A DNA stretch of 64,000 bases from Octopus sinensis (Eukaryota): the NCBI RefSeq assembly GCF_006345805.1, contig NC_043010.1:37014001-37078000 (forward strand). Reading direction: 5' to 3'. The notes below the pieces were generated by a model, which saw only the letters and a program-made list of their open reading frames with translations, did no database searches and was not told the DNA's origin. This document shows positions 1-11,449 of this stretch, one piece after another (the stretch's first letter is position 1; each line of letters begins with the position of its first letter). Both the position numbers and the translations under genes were made by a program.

Positions 1-316
1 CCAGCCACTCCAGATAAAAAAATTTTTAAATCCTCTCTCCCTTTCTTTTATAATTCTCTCATTCTTCACACATTTTCAATTAAGTACCAATGACTAGTTT
101 GTTTGTTTATTTATTTGGCTAGATAAAACTTGGGGAAGCTAGATATTCAAATTTTTTTGCTAAGAAAGTATTTGGTTTCATGACTTAACTCACTGCTTTA
201 GAATTCAAATTACCTACCTACCAGGGAGTAACTTCACTTTTCTATGAACCAAGAAAGAAACTGCTCTGTAGTCACTGCCACCTACTAGAAATAGCTGTCA
301 AATAATGACATTAAGC

Positions 317-404
317 CAGTAGTTCTCAACCAGGAGTCCACTTGACTCTTAGGGGTCCTTATAAGATTTTGTTGCTAAGGTTTATTTGCAATAAATTGGT
401 TATA
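317..404. mobile_element. hAT-like MITE end fragment (family of 9582-10256)
   Basis: Starts CAGTAGTTCTCAACC and matches the reverse complement of the right end of 9582-10256; cut off by a SINE A copy. Confidence 0.6.
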
Positions 405-650
405 CTCTTTTTTTTGTTTCAGTCATTTGAGAGTGGCCATGCTGGGGCACCGGCTTAAAGGGTTTTAGCTAAACAAATCGAACCCAGGACTTTTGTTCTT
501 TCTAAGCCAGATGCTTATTCTATCAGCCTCTCTTTGCCAAACTGCTAAGTTACAGGGACGTAAAACACATCACCACTGGTTGTCAAGCAGTAAAGGGGAA
601 CAAACACAAACATAAAGACACACACATACATAGATATATACATATATATA
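405..650 (-). mobile_element. SINE family A, 3' half
   Basis: Reverse complement of the family A tail (ccagcatggcc...caaatgactgaaac) seen in full copies such as 29449-29842. Confidence 0.8.
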
Positions 651-702
651 TAAGAATGATACACACACACACACACACACATACATACATACATACACAC
701 AT

Positions 703-900
703 GGGGATTTTCATAGAAAAAACAGCACCTTTTTGATGTAAATAATTTTTGGTGTTAACATGGTCTGATTTGAATTTTATCTTCTACGAAATGAAGAGCA
801 AGCCTTCTTCTATCATACCCTCAATTTTGGTCAACTTGTGCCGCAGAGTCTCAGAGGAGATAGTGTTAGTTGAAGGCTACCAAGCCTGCCACACACAGAC

Positions 901-905
<5 letters not shown>
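703..905 (-). mobile_element. Helitron 5' fragment (family of 54566-54942)
   Basis: Near-identical to about 54738-54920 (ggtgttaacatggtc...gaaggctaccaa...cacagacaac); lacks the CTAG end. Confidence 0.8.
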
Positions 906-942
<37 letters not shown>

Positions 943-965
943 ATACATATATATATGTATGTATT

Positions 966-1345
966 GTCATCATTTTAATGTTTGCTTTTCCATGCTTGCA
1001 TCGGTCAGATGGAATTTGTTGTAGCCAATTTTCTATGGCTGGGTGCACTTCCTGTCACCATCTCTCAACTGTTTCCAGGAAAATCGATATTGTTTTCACA
1101 GAAGAATGGAAATGAAAGATGCTATTTGCATGATGATTGTATTGATTTACAACTATCACATGCCAAGGCACTAACAAGCACATGCACACACATGTACATA
1201 TATAGATGTTCTACAGGTTTCTTTCAGTTTCTGTTTATCAAATTCATTCACCAAGTCTTTGGTCAGCTGTGGTAGAAGACATTTGCCCCAGGTGCCTCAC
1301 ACTAAGATTGAACTAAAACCATGTAGTTGAGAAGTAAACTTCTTA
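966..1345 (-). mobile_element. SINE family A2 (A head, C-like tail)
   Basis: A-type head at about 1210-1345 joined to the tail seen at 7500-7712. Confidence 0.65.
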
Positions 1346-1614
1346 GAAAGGGCATCCAGCCATAGAAAACCATGCCAAATCAGACTGGTGCCTGGTGCAG
1401 CCTTCCAGCATGCCTGCCTTGTCAAACAATCTAACCCATGTCAGCATGGACAAAGGATGTTAAATGATTATATATATATAAATTAGAAAAAAAACCCACC
1501 TTTTATCAATTCAAAATGAAAAATTAAATTACACCATCTATATATATATATATATAAACAATTATGAAATAGAAGTAACACTAGTGTAATAGGCATTATC
1601 GACCACATATACTT

Positions 1615-2069
1615 AATTGGTGTGTCTGATGCAGTGTCCAGCCACCCTCATCTTTCTATGCTGTATCTTCAATGTTACTTTTGGTAGTCGCTGGTGTAAG
1701 TCACTGTTTGTTGTATGGCTCTTCCAGGAGATATTGAGTATCATTCTAAGCATCCTCGTATAAACCATCCAACTGCTTCTTCAATGCTTTAGTGAGCATC
1801 CATGTTTCAGCCCCGTATAGAAGAACAGACTCCACTGTTGCCAGAAACAACCACACTTTCAATTTCCTTGCTAACTTTGAACTCCATACCTTTCTCAACA
1901 GAAGGAAGAACCAAGAGACGAAGGAGGAAGGCGACCTGTATTGACATCTTGCTGGAGGATATTGGTGTGAAAGGGGTACAGGAGCTGAGGACCATTATGG
2001 AAGATCGAGATGAATGGGGAAAACATGTGGAAACAGTCTTGGGGTGTCCTATGGGACAACCTAGATGAG
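1615..2069 (+). mobile_element. 5'-truncated, 5'-inverted RTE-clade LINE
   Basis: Minus 1892-1615 reads KVWSSKLARKLKVWLFLATVESVLLYGAETWMLTKALKKQLDG...VAGHCIRH. Plus 1893-2068 reads STEGRTKRRRRKATCIDILLEDIG...DRDEW, the RTE C-terminus. Flanked by ATATACTT at 1607-1614 and 2070-2077. Confidence 0.85.
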
Positions 2070-2369
2070 ATATACTTTGTATATATGCTTTGTGTATTTG
2101 CTGGTAGGCTACGATTTGGCACAGTGGTGAATACTCTCTCAAAGTGCCAGGTGGTAAAACAACTGAATGTCATGGTCAGGTGAGATAACTCATCCCAAAT
2201 TCCATCCAGAAGTGATGTATATTGGTATTTCACCATTTTTGTGGCTTACAAACATCACATGCCTGATGAATCATATCACCAGCATATATACTGACATGAT
2301 CCATTCAAAATGGGGCACAAGGTTTATTCCCCTCTGAAATTGAAGCAATCTCAGACAAAGAAGGTTGAA

Positions 2370-2582
2370 AAACACTGCTCTACATGGTTGCTGGACCTGA
2401 CTTGATTGAAATAGTAGCAAAATCTCTCTCAAATCACGTCTTTATGATCATAAAAATGGAAGGAGAACATGTAATTCATAGATACATCATGTCTCAAAAG
2501 AAAGACAAGATGGTCACAGCTGGAATGTGTTTGATCTGAGATCTGTTCAGTGAAGGCCAACTTGGAGTTAAACAACAAACAT
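2370..2582 (+). mobile_element. SINE-like family F ((AAC)n tail)
   Basis: gaaatagtagcaaaatctc...atggtcacagctggaatg...ttaaacaacaa. Related pieces near 16720-16870, 44100-44225, 46110-46185 and on the minus strand near 33605-33680, 58505-58640, 59392-59820. Confidence 0.55.
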
Positions 2583-2941
2583 CCTTGTATGTTTGCAAAA
2601 GCCATTAACAAAATTCCACTCTGCTCTCATGCAGTCAGTATTGTTCACACATTTCTGGTTTGAATCCCCTATATTTCTAAGTTACGGATGAATGATTCAA
2701 TGTAGGGCATCTTTTCTTTTTGCACTGGTTGTTGTGGTGGAAGGAATTAAACCATTAAGATAAGGGTATAGGTGGCATGGGGATGAAGATGGTAGTGGTA
2801 GATGGGTGGTGATGATGATGGTGGTACTTTATCTCCATTGCTAGGTACCTTTAATTTTAAAACTATTCATTCACCCTTTTGATACCAACTCACCTACTTC
2901 CTATTTTAAAGTGATCCAGATTAAAAACTTCCATCAAATCT

Positions 2942-3157
2942 GGATCCTGTTAAATTTCTTTCAACCACTTGAAGTACTTCAAATTTTCATCAAATTATTT
3001 TCAAAGACATATAGTTTTGCACGCGGATGAGGAAAATTGCGTTCATTTCTTTCTAGACATTAATAATGAAAAAGTTACATTAGTGAAGAAAATTTGAAAA
3101 AGAAATTAGTGAAAATTAGAAATACTTCAAGTGGTTGAAAGAGACTTAACAAAATCC
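2942..3157. mobile_element. Fold-back MITE, Mutator-like
   Basis: About 60-bp imperfect TIRs with core tctttcaaccacttgaagta, GG...CC ends and an imperfect 8-9 bp TSD (tcaaatct / tcaaaattt). It interrupts a piggyBac-like MITE remnant at 2872-3220. Confidence 0.75.
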
Positions 3158-3437
3158 TCAAAATTTAATGTTGATTTATGTTTCAAACACTAGCTTAATA
3201 ACAACAAAGATATTTTTGATGCAGCTAATACCCCACCACAACCACCATCCAGCTTGAACAACAGAAGGATAAAGAACGAAAAGGTATTTGCAAATAGGAA
3301 ACTGAGAGAGGGTCTGGACTAAAACACTTGCAACAGAGTGAATTCTTCAAACAGTAGCATCTAAGTGAGTGTTAACATGTAAAATAAAGGAATGAGTGCC
3401 AAAAATACAATCAGTCATTTCCTCACAACATAAATAT

Positions 3438-3782
3438 GTCAGGAGTGGCTATGTGGTAAGTAGCTTGCTTACCAAGCACATGGTTTCGGGTTCAGTCCCA
3501 CTTCGTGACACCTTGGGCAAGGGTTTTCTACTATAACCTCAAGCAGATCAAAGCCTTGTGAGTGGATTTGGTAGACAGAAACTGAAAGAAGCCCATCATA
3601 TATGTTTATATATGTATGTGTTTGTGTGTCTGTGTTTAAATCTCCGTAACGTAGCAGTTCTGCAAAAGAGACCAATAGAATAAGTACTAGGCTTATAAAG
3701 AATAAGTCCTGGGGTTCATTTGCTTGACTAAAGGCAGTGTTCCAGCATGGCCATAATCAAATGACTCAAACAATAAAAGAAT
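3438..3782 (+). mobile_element. SINE family A (tRNA-derived, CORE-like segment)
   Basis: A box-like TGGCTATGTGG, B box-like GGTTCAGTCCC, CORE-like ccttgggcaag, internal microsatellite and aaaga tail. Confidence 0.85.
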
Positions 3783-3940
3783 ACTATTTTGATTAATCAT
3801 TTTGGTAAGTATGAGGAGAGAACTGTGGGCATGTTTTGGTCTTATTAAACATCATCAGCAATTCATCAGATTTCCCTGTACTTCTGAAATGGTGGTGTAA
3901 TACTGTAAAGGAGCAAGCATGAAAAATTAGTATATTTGAT

Positions 3941-4143
3941 TTTACATTCAGATTACTCTGTCAAATGTAATGCTTATTTATTTAATTGTTATAAATTAAT
4001 AATGCATTAGCTCATAACTTGATGATGTAATTATTAATTTTCAGTATGATATTGTATGGTATGTATGAAAGGCAGAACTTGGTCAATTTAAACACGAAGC
4101 CGGTAGAATATTTGGGCCAGATATGGCCAGCTTAAATGCTAAT
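3941..4143 (-). mobile_element. piggyBac-like MITE (about 230-bp family), decayed
   Basis: Reverse complement of 31143-31376. Confidence 0.7.
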
Positions 4144-4959
4144 AATTAAAGGAAGTAAACTGAAAAAATTTCAAAAGGAACTGGTGGTGGGTGATTAGCA
4201 TTTAAAATAAACACACTCAAGGTTACTAAAATTTATAATTTCATAAGAGTAAAGAACATAGTTATTCCAACTAGGAGGGTCTCCTTAACACATACATGGC
4301 ATTGATTTCATAGACACTGCAGGGAAGATAGATTAAATTTGTCTCATTTAGGAGCTGGATTCAGAGTGCAAAATGTTCTTACAAAATAAAATATATTAAA
4401 AGTATTTCGTCTGGCTCTGTACCATCTCTAACTCGCTTCTTCATTTCTGATAAATAATTAGTGCAATAATATCATTATGATGATGATGATAAACAACAAA
4501 TAATGAGATTCAGAAGCAATTCTTAACGATAATAATGATGATGATAATGATATATGATGAATTGCTAGCAAGAAATGTATGCATGTATATATATAATATA
4601 TATATGTGTGTGTGTGTGCTTATGAAATTATATGCACACATACACATTGTATGTGAAATATGTATGTGTCGTATACTGTTTAGAATATGAAGAATGGAAT
4701 ATTTAAAAGAAATATAATAAAATTGCTATTGTTTGTATAGGTGGAAGATAGTATTCAGTTTTGTATCCTCAAGTAAAAATCTTAGAATTTTCTCATAATT
4801 GTGGGTGTGTGTGTGAGAGAGAGAGATGACTTTCTCTTCTAAAATTTAAAATACTCTATGATTTACTGCATAATCTTATATAAATTTTGCTTTTGTTTAT
4901 ATTTTCTTTTCTTTGCTTTTTTAAAGTCATGTGCTTGAAAACTGTGTCTGAATATATAT

Positions 4960-5052
4960 ATATATATATATATAAGTCTCTGCGTGTGTATATATATACA
5001 TATGAGTATGAATGAGTATATGTGTGTGTATATATATATATATGTGTATATA

Positions 5053-5085
<33 letters not shown>

Positions 5086-5490
5086 ATATATATGAGTCTC
5101 TACGTGTGTATATATATGCATATGAGTATGAATGAGTTTATGTGTGTATATATATATGTGTATATATATATGTATGTATGTATATATATATATATGAGTC
5201 TCTACGTGTGTATATATATGCATATGAGTATGAATTAGTTTATGTGTGTATATATATGTATGTATGTATATGTATGTATGTATATATATATATATGAGTC
5301 TCTACGTGTGTATATATATGCATATGAGTATGAATTAGTTTATGTGTGTATATATATATGTATGTATGTATATATGTATGTATGTATATATATATATATA
5401 TGAGTCTCTACGTGTGTATATATATGCATATGAGTATGAATGAGTTTATGTGTGTATGTATGTATGTATGTATGTATATATATATATATA
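4960..5490. repeat. Minisatellite of about 100-120-bp units built on TA/TG microsatellite
   Basis: Five units anchored by gagtctctacgtgtgtatatatatgcatatgagtatgaat at about 4976, 5094, 5196, 5296 and 5402. Confidence 0.95.
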
Positions 5491-5952
5491 ATATGTCTGT
5501 GTATTATACATTTATACCATGTTATATTCATATGAAATGTGTCCTATTATATTTGTCAATAGAAACGAAATAAAATACCATTCAAAACTATTATTTCCTC
5601 TTAAGAATCTGTAGAGATTGCTTCATATTGCTACTGGTTACAAGCGCAAGATTATTATTATCATTATTGTTATGATTATTATTATTATGATTTGTTTACT
5701 TCTTTCTTTCTAGCTTATACATTTACATTGTTTCCACTTTTTTTAGGCTTCAGTGTATGTGTGCACACACATGCACGTGTCTGCGCGCATACACGCATAC
5801 ACACATATTGTGTTATGGTGTGTGTGAGTGTGTATATCATGCATAAATTTTTTGTGTGTGGTATTGTATGTGTATATATGTGCGTGTGTGTATCTATCTC
5901 TCCCCCCTCTCTCTCTCTCTCTCACTCTCTCTCTCTCTCTCTCTCTCTCTAC

Positions 5953-5985
<33 letters not shown>

Positions 5986-6366
5986 TATATGCACATACAT
6001 CCATGTACGGAAATGTATATATATATATATATATATATAAAACTACATATATATTCGTCTGTATGTATCTATGCATATATATACACACACATTCACACAC
6101 ATATATATGTACGTACATGTAAATATATATATATATATATATTTACAGATGTACTTATACACACACGTACACTTATATATGCATCAACAAATTTTGTCTA
6201 CCCTGTACAAGCATAGAAAAGTGAATGTTAAAAACGATGATTGTGTGTGTGTGTGGATAGATGGATAGATAGATATTTATTCCTTTGAGGTTTTGGTTTA
6301 TTTCAGATTTCTCTTTATTGACCTAAATTTTTTTTGTTTCTTGGGTTTTTTTTTTCTTTTTTTCAG

Positions 6367-6407
6367 TGAATAATCTTCCTGTGATAGTGCTAGGTGGCTT
6401 TATATAT
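6367..6407 (+). other. Candidate 41-nt exon of an unidentified gene
   Basis: Long U-rich tract then TTTCAG acceptor (AG 6365-6366); donor GTAAGA at 6408. The only open frame reads NNLPVIVLGGFIY. Surroundings are SINE-free. Confidence 0.45.
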
Positions 6408-7324
6408 GTAAGATATCTGTAAAAAAAAAGCATATACAAAAAAAAAATAATAATCCTTCAGAAAAGCAGACTGAAATTCCATAGATAATTGTGCTGAATT
6501 TGAAAGAGAATTTCCATCTTACGGAGATGGATATCACATTTTCTTTTCTTTTCTTTCTTTTTTTTTTTTCCTTTTCAAACACCAACAACTAGTTCATACA
6601 AGCCATATCTCAAATGCATAAATACACACACACACACACACACTTAGATAATACATAGTAGTGGTTTAAGACCAAATTCTGTAAGTCTTACCCAGTAAAT
6701 CTAGTGTTGTTGTTGTTGTTGTTGATGTTTTTTTTTTCTGAGATTAAAGCAGTAATGACCGTAGAGACTAGAAATTTTAGAAATTTTATATTATACCTGC
6801 TTTGGATAAAGATAAAAAAAAAAATAATAAAAAGGAAGAAAATATAAAATAGAAATAACGTTTTGCTTGCTTACTATTCGGTAAAACAAATATGTCAAAT
6901 AAAATATTTCTATTGCTGAAGAATTTTTAGTGAAAGTTTTCGTGATTTATTTATGTGTTACATAATACCCCTAAAGTGTGTGTCTAAATACCAGGTTTTT
7001 TGTTTTGCTTTGATTTTTTTTTTTTTTCATTTTTAAATAAAGAGAGGTAGGAGTAAGAATTTAGAAGGATTCTTGGCATTTAACCTCGTAGCTTTTTCAT
7101 GAATGTTTTCACACTGTATTTCAATTCCGTAAACTTCTTTTGATGGAAGACCAGAGTTTAAAAACCTATTTAATTATTTTATTAACATATTTTTAATATG
7201 GTTTTTGCTATTGTTTTTTTTTTTTTTTCCTTTTGGCTGGTGGATCAGAGGCATTTTCTTAAAAAGAACTTATTTGGAAAATAATCTAGACTTTGGAAGG
7301 AGCTAGTAAAAACAATAGCTTTTG

Positions 7325-7712
7325 ACATGGCTGTGTGGTTAGTCTTGTGATCTTGGGTTAAGTCCAAATGCATGGCATCGTGGGCAAGTGTTTTCTTGCT
7401 ATAGCCTTGACTTATTAAAGCTTGTAAGTGGATTTGGCAGTTAGAGTCTGGAAGAAACCCATTTTGTGTATGTGTGTGTGTGTGTGTATTATGTGGCAGT
7501 TGTATATAGCTATCTTTGTCATAGAAGCAATGTTGTTCATTTCCAACCTTCCATAAAAAAAAAACATGTCTGGCTATGGAAAATATTATCTTGCTTGTAA
7601 ATAGGTGATGGTTGGTGACAGGAAGAGTATCCAGTCATAAAATAATCTGTCTCAACAAATTCTATCTGACCCATACAAGCATGTAAAAGTGAACATTGAA
7701 TGATGATGTTGA
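7325..7712 (+). mobile_element. SINE family A2
   Basis: A head, (TG)n, then ggttggtgacaggaagagtatccag...gacccatacaagcatg with a (GAT)n tail. Confidence 0.8.
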
Positions 7713-7879
7713 TATCTTTATTTTAACTTATCACAAGGTCCCTACATGTAATCAGGAATTTGTTTTTTTACTTCAAATATGGGCATTAAAATTGGCTGGA
7801 TGCCCTTCCTAACATCAACCACTGCACAAAGGTCAGTTTTTTTGTCTTTGTTTTTTTAACCATGCCAAAATTGATCTCA

Positions 7880-8072
7880 CCTATGCTGGTGCCACGTAAA
7901 AAGCACTCAGCCCACTCTGCAGGGCAGTTGGTGTTAAGAATGGCATCCAGCCATTAAAACTGTCAAAACGGACACACAAGTATGATGCAGTCTTCTGCCT
8001 GGCCAGCTCCAGTCAAACCATCCAACCCATGCTAGCATGGAAGGAGGCTGTTAAACAGTGAGGATGATGAAT
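7880..8072 (+). mobile_element. SINE-like family C
   Basis: gctggtgccacgtaaaaagcac...ggcatccagcc...ccaacccatgctagcatgg and a (GAT)n tail. Confidence 0.8.
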
Positions 8073-8264
8073 CAGAGATTGCCTCAGTAGATTGGCATTA
8101 AAAAAGGCTGAGGGAATGTTTTAATACTTGACCATTTTAAGACCTTATTTATAATATTTAGTGGGAATCCACAAAATAACTTTGTCATTAATAAGTTTTG
8201 ACATTTAGAAGATAACCTTAAAAGTCCCTTACTTAAATTTACAAGGGAAAGTTTTTAATATTAT

Positions 8265-8480
8265 CATCATCATTATTTCATGTCGGTTTTCAATGCTGGC
8301 ATGGGTTGGGCAGTTTGACAGAAGTTGGCAAAGCCAAGAGCTGTACCAGGTTTCATTGCCTGTTTTAGCATTCTATCCACAGCTGGATGTCCTTCCAAAC
8401 ATCAACCACTTTACTGGGTGCTTTTTACGTGATAGTTCCAGTGCTTTTTATGCGGTACTAGTATCAGTGCTTTCTGCCTG
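8265..8480 (-). mobile_element. SINE-like family C
   Basis: Reverse complement of 7880-8072. Confidence 0.8.
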
Positions 8481-8514
8481 AGACTGCCCTTGGTTCTGGG
8501 ATACAAACTTGTTG

Positions 8515-8850
8515 TTTCTTCTTCTTCTTGTCTAATATTTTGAATTCGGGTTTGTCCCCATAAATGGGGGTGGTTGGATCTACCTCACTCTTACAGCAAC
8601 TGCTTTCACATCATCCCGCCAGGTTTTGGGCATCTTCTCTCCTCAAGCCAACCCTTCTAATCTTTTCTCCACCTGTCTCCTCCATGTTTTCTTTGGTTAA
8701 CCTTGCTTTTGTGGTTCATTTACTCTAAACTCAAGCACTCTCCTCAGAACGTGGTCCTCATCTCTCCTCAACACATGTCCATACCACCACACTCTATTCA
8801 CCCTTGCCAGCTGTTCCACCTATTCCTCCAAGCCCAGCATCCCCATCAAT
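8515..8850 (-). mobile_element. RTE-clade LINE 3' fragment
   Basis: Encodes RVWWYGHVLRRDEDHVLRRVLEF; has an (AAG)n tail; closely similar to 28180-28530. Confidence 0.85.
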
Positions 8851-8998
8851 TTAGTGAACTAAATTAAACCCTCCATCAAAACTTTCCTGTTAAATTATGT
8901 TCTAAACACCAGCTTAATAATGACCAAGTTATTTTGCTAAATTTTCCGTTATTTCCAAAATGAATTAAAATAAAGGTTGTGTTATTTTTCAACAGAAA

Positions 8999-9381
8999 TC
9001 TCTCTCTATATAAACGGCAGTTTGTCTGTCTGCGTGTCTGTGTGTCTGTCAGGTTGTACCCTCACCCTGACCACGGCTTTCAACCAATTCTGATGAAACT
9101 TGACACACACATAGCCCAATGTCATAATTCAAAACTAACGCAGCGAAAATTTTGAAAAGTTCCCCCAGTTCTGAAAAAAATCGATAAATTCGACATGGGG
9201 TCGAGAATCAGAAACACAAACCACAGACTGTCATGGGGACGCAACTCGACCTTTTTAACTCTCAAAAAAATTTACCATAATTTTTTTACCATTTTTTTGC
9301 TATTTTTTGGCTATAACTCTCTAAAAATGCTTTATAGTTATTTCCCTTACAAACCCGAGCAACGCCGGGCGATACTGCTAG
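8999..9381 (+). mobile_element. Non-autonomous Helitron
   Basis: 5' TC, 3' hairpin CCCGAGCAACGCCGGG then CTAG. Inserted between A8998 and T9382 with no TSD, inside a piggyBac-like MITE remnant. Confidence 0.9.
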
Positions 9382-9581
9382 TACAATAATAAAAACAACC
9401 TTTGTCATTTATTTCACAAACTTAGTTTCCACAGAATATCTTAGGATGAGAGCTTATGTAGAAATGGCCTTACTAGGATTTGAAACTTGAAACATGTAAG
9501 CTTCATATCATAATCACTGGGAATATTTGATTTTCACATTGTGCTGTCACTTTCTCTCATTCTTCTGTTGACCATTTAGTG

Positions 9582-9868
9582 CAGTGGTTCTCAATCATTC
9601 TTTTACCTGTGGACCCTCTTTGATTCCTATTTTACTTGGATGGACCCCTATAGCCATTTGATTCCTTTATTCTTTTATCCTTTTCAGTCATTTGACTGCA
9701 GCCATGCTGGAGCACTGCATTTAGTCGAACAAATTGACCCCAGGCCTTATTCTTTGTAAGCCGAGTACTTATTCTATCAGTCTCTTTTGCTGAAGCGCTA
9801 AGTTACGGGGATGTAAACACACCAACCATGGTGGGGGGACAAACACACAAACATATACACACACACAA

Positions 9869-9929
<61 letters not shown>

Positions 9930-10256
9930 ACAGGCTTCTTTCAGTTTCTACCCTCCAGATCCACTCACAAGGCTTTGGTCAGCCCAAGGTTATGGTAGAA
10001 GACACTTGCCCATGGTTCCATGCAGTGGGACTAAACCCAGAACCATCTGGTTGGGAAGCAAGCTTCTTGCCACAAAGCCACACCTGCACCTATGATGTTT
10101 AAAAAGCCCTATTTTATTTTTCTAATTAAGTAAAACAAATAGTTAGAATAATTTATGTCTTGTAGATGTATAAGTAACTTATTGCACATTAATTTTTAAC
10201 GATAAAATCTTACATGGATCCCGAAGGGCCATATGGACCCCAGTTGAGAACCACTG
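9582..10256. mobile_element. hAT (Charlie-like) MITE containing a SINE A
   Basis: TIRs CAGTGGTTCTCAA / TTGAGAACCACTG; 8-bp TSD ATTTAGTG / ACTTAGTG. Confidence 0.9.
9665..10092 (-). mobile_element. SINE family A, full length, nested in hAT MITE
   Basis: Reverse complement of family A with an expanded internal (TA)n. Confidence 0.9.
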
Positions 10257-10965
10257 ACTTAGTGCTAAGTTATCACATCATTTAGAACACAGGAATGGAT
10301 CATGCATTTTCTTTCTTCATTAATTTTTCTTTTTTTTTAATTTTTTTTTTTTTCAAAATCCTTTTATGACATTAAGATACTAAACCCATTATACTTTCTT
10401 CAGAACTCCTGGCTGTCTTCAACGTCTTTCTCATTAATTAAACATAGATATACTTTTTTTTTTTCTTTTAGCCAATGGTCAGATACATTGAGAATTTTAT
10501 TCTTTTCTCCCTTTTAATCACAAAGTTTACCATTAACCTAATTTCTCTGTATGATGTTTTTAGCGCACTTGTAATGTAGAACCTTTCAAAAGGTTCATGC
10601 AAATTTAATAAGACTGGTTCCTATCTAAAGAGAAGTTGCAAATTTTCATAAATGCATTCCATCTTATCTTTACCATTTTCAATAAAAAAAAAAATGTTAT
10701 ATGTCATTTAAATAGGTATCTATCTTAATCTCTTTAAATGCTTGTTCTTTGAAGTTATTCATTACACATCAATCGGCTCATCTTTGTGAAGAGATGAAAA
10801 GGAATATGTTTCCTTCCACTTTTTCTTTTTTTTTCTTTTGTGTGGGGAAAATGTTAGTGGGTTCAGTTATGGCTCTGTTGTTAAGAAGTTTGCTTTTGCA
10901 ACCATGTGGTTTTAAGTTTGGTTCCGTTACACAGCACTTTGGGAAAGTATCTTCTATGGTAGCTG

Positions 10966-11194
10966 TAACCCTTTAGCAGTTAAACCGACCGTAAACAGCC
11001 TTAGATGTTCCATTTGTTTTATGTTCAAACTGACCGAATCAGGCCTCTCTCACGTACCCAACAATGTCATTCAAATCATCAACAATCATATCATCAAAAT
11101 CTCAAAGCTGTGAGATAATGCATGATGAATTCAAAATAATATGAATGAATAAGTATTACAGTTGACAGAGTAATCTGAATGCTTAAAAGGTTAA
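10966..11194 (+). mobile_element. piggyBac-like MITE (about 230-bp family)
   Basis: gtaaCCCTTTAGCA...aaaaGGttaa; same body as 31143-31376. Confidence 0.8.
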
Positions 11195-11449
11195 ATCAGC
11201 CAAGGTTTTGCTGTGAGTGAAATTTGGTGTATATAAACATTATGAAAGTCCATGAGATTGTTACTGTTGGGTGGTTGACATACATGATATATAAATTCCT
11301 TTAATGAAGTCTAGTCTGTTGTAAGGTCTCTGGTCAGAAGATAACTTCTTGTCTTCCTCCCGACATTCTTGGAACATTTGAAAAGTGTCATAGGTGCTAC
11401 CTGAATTCGTAATGTCTGAACCATTAAAAGAAAACCTGCAAATTTAATT

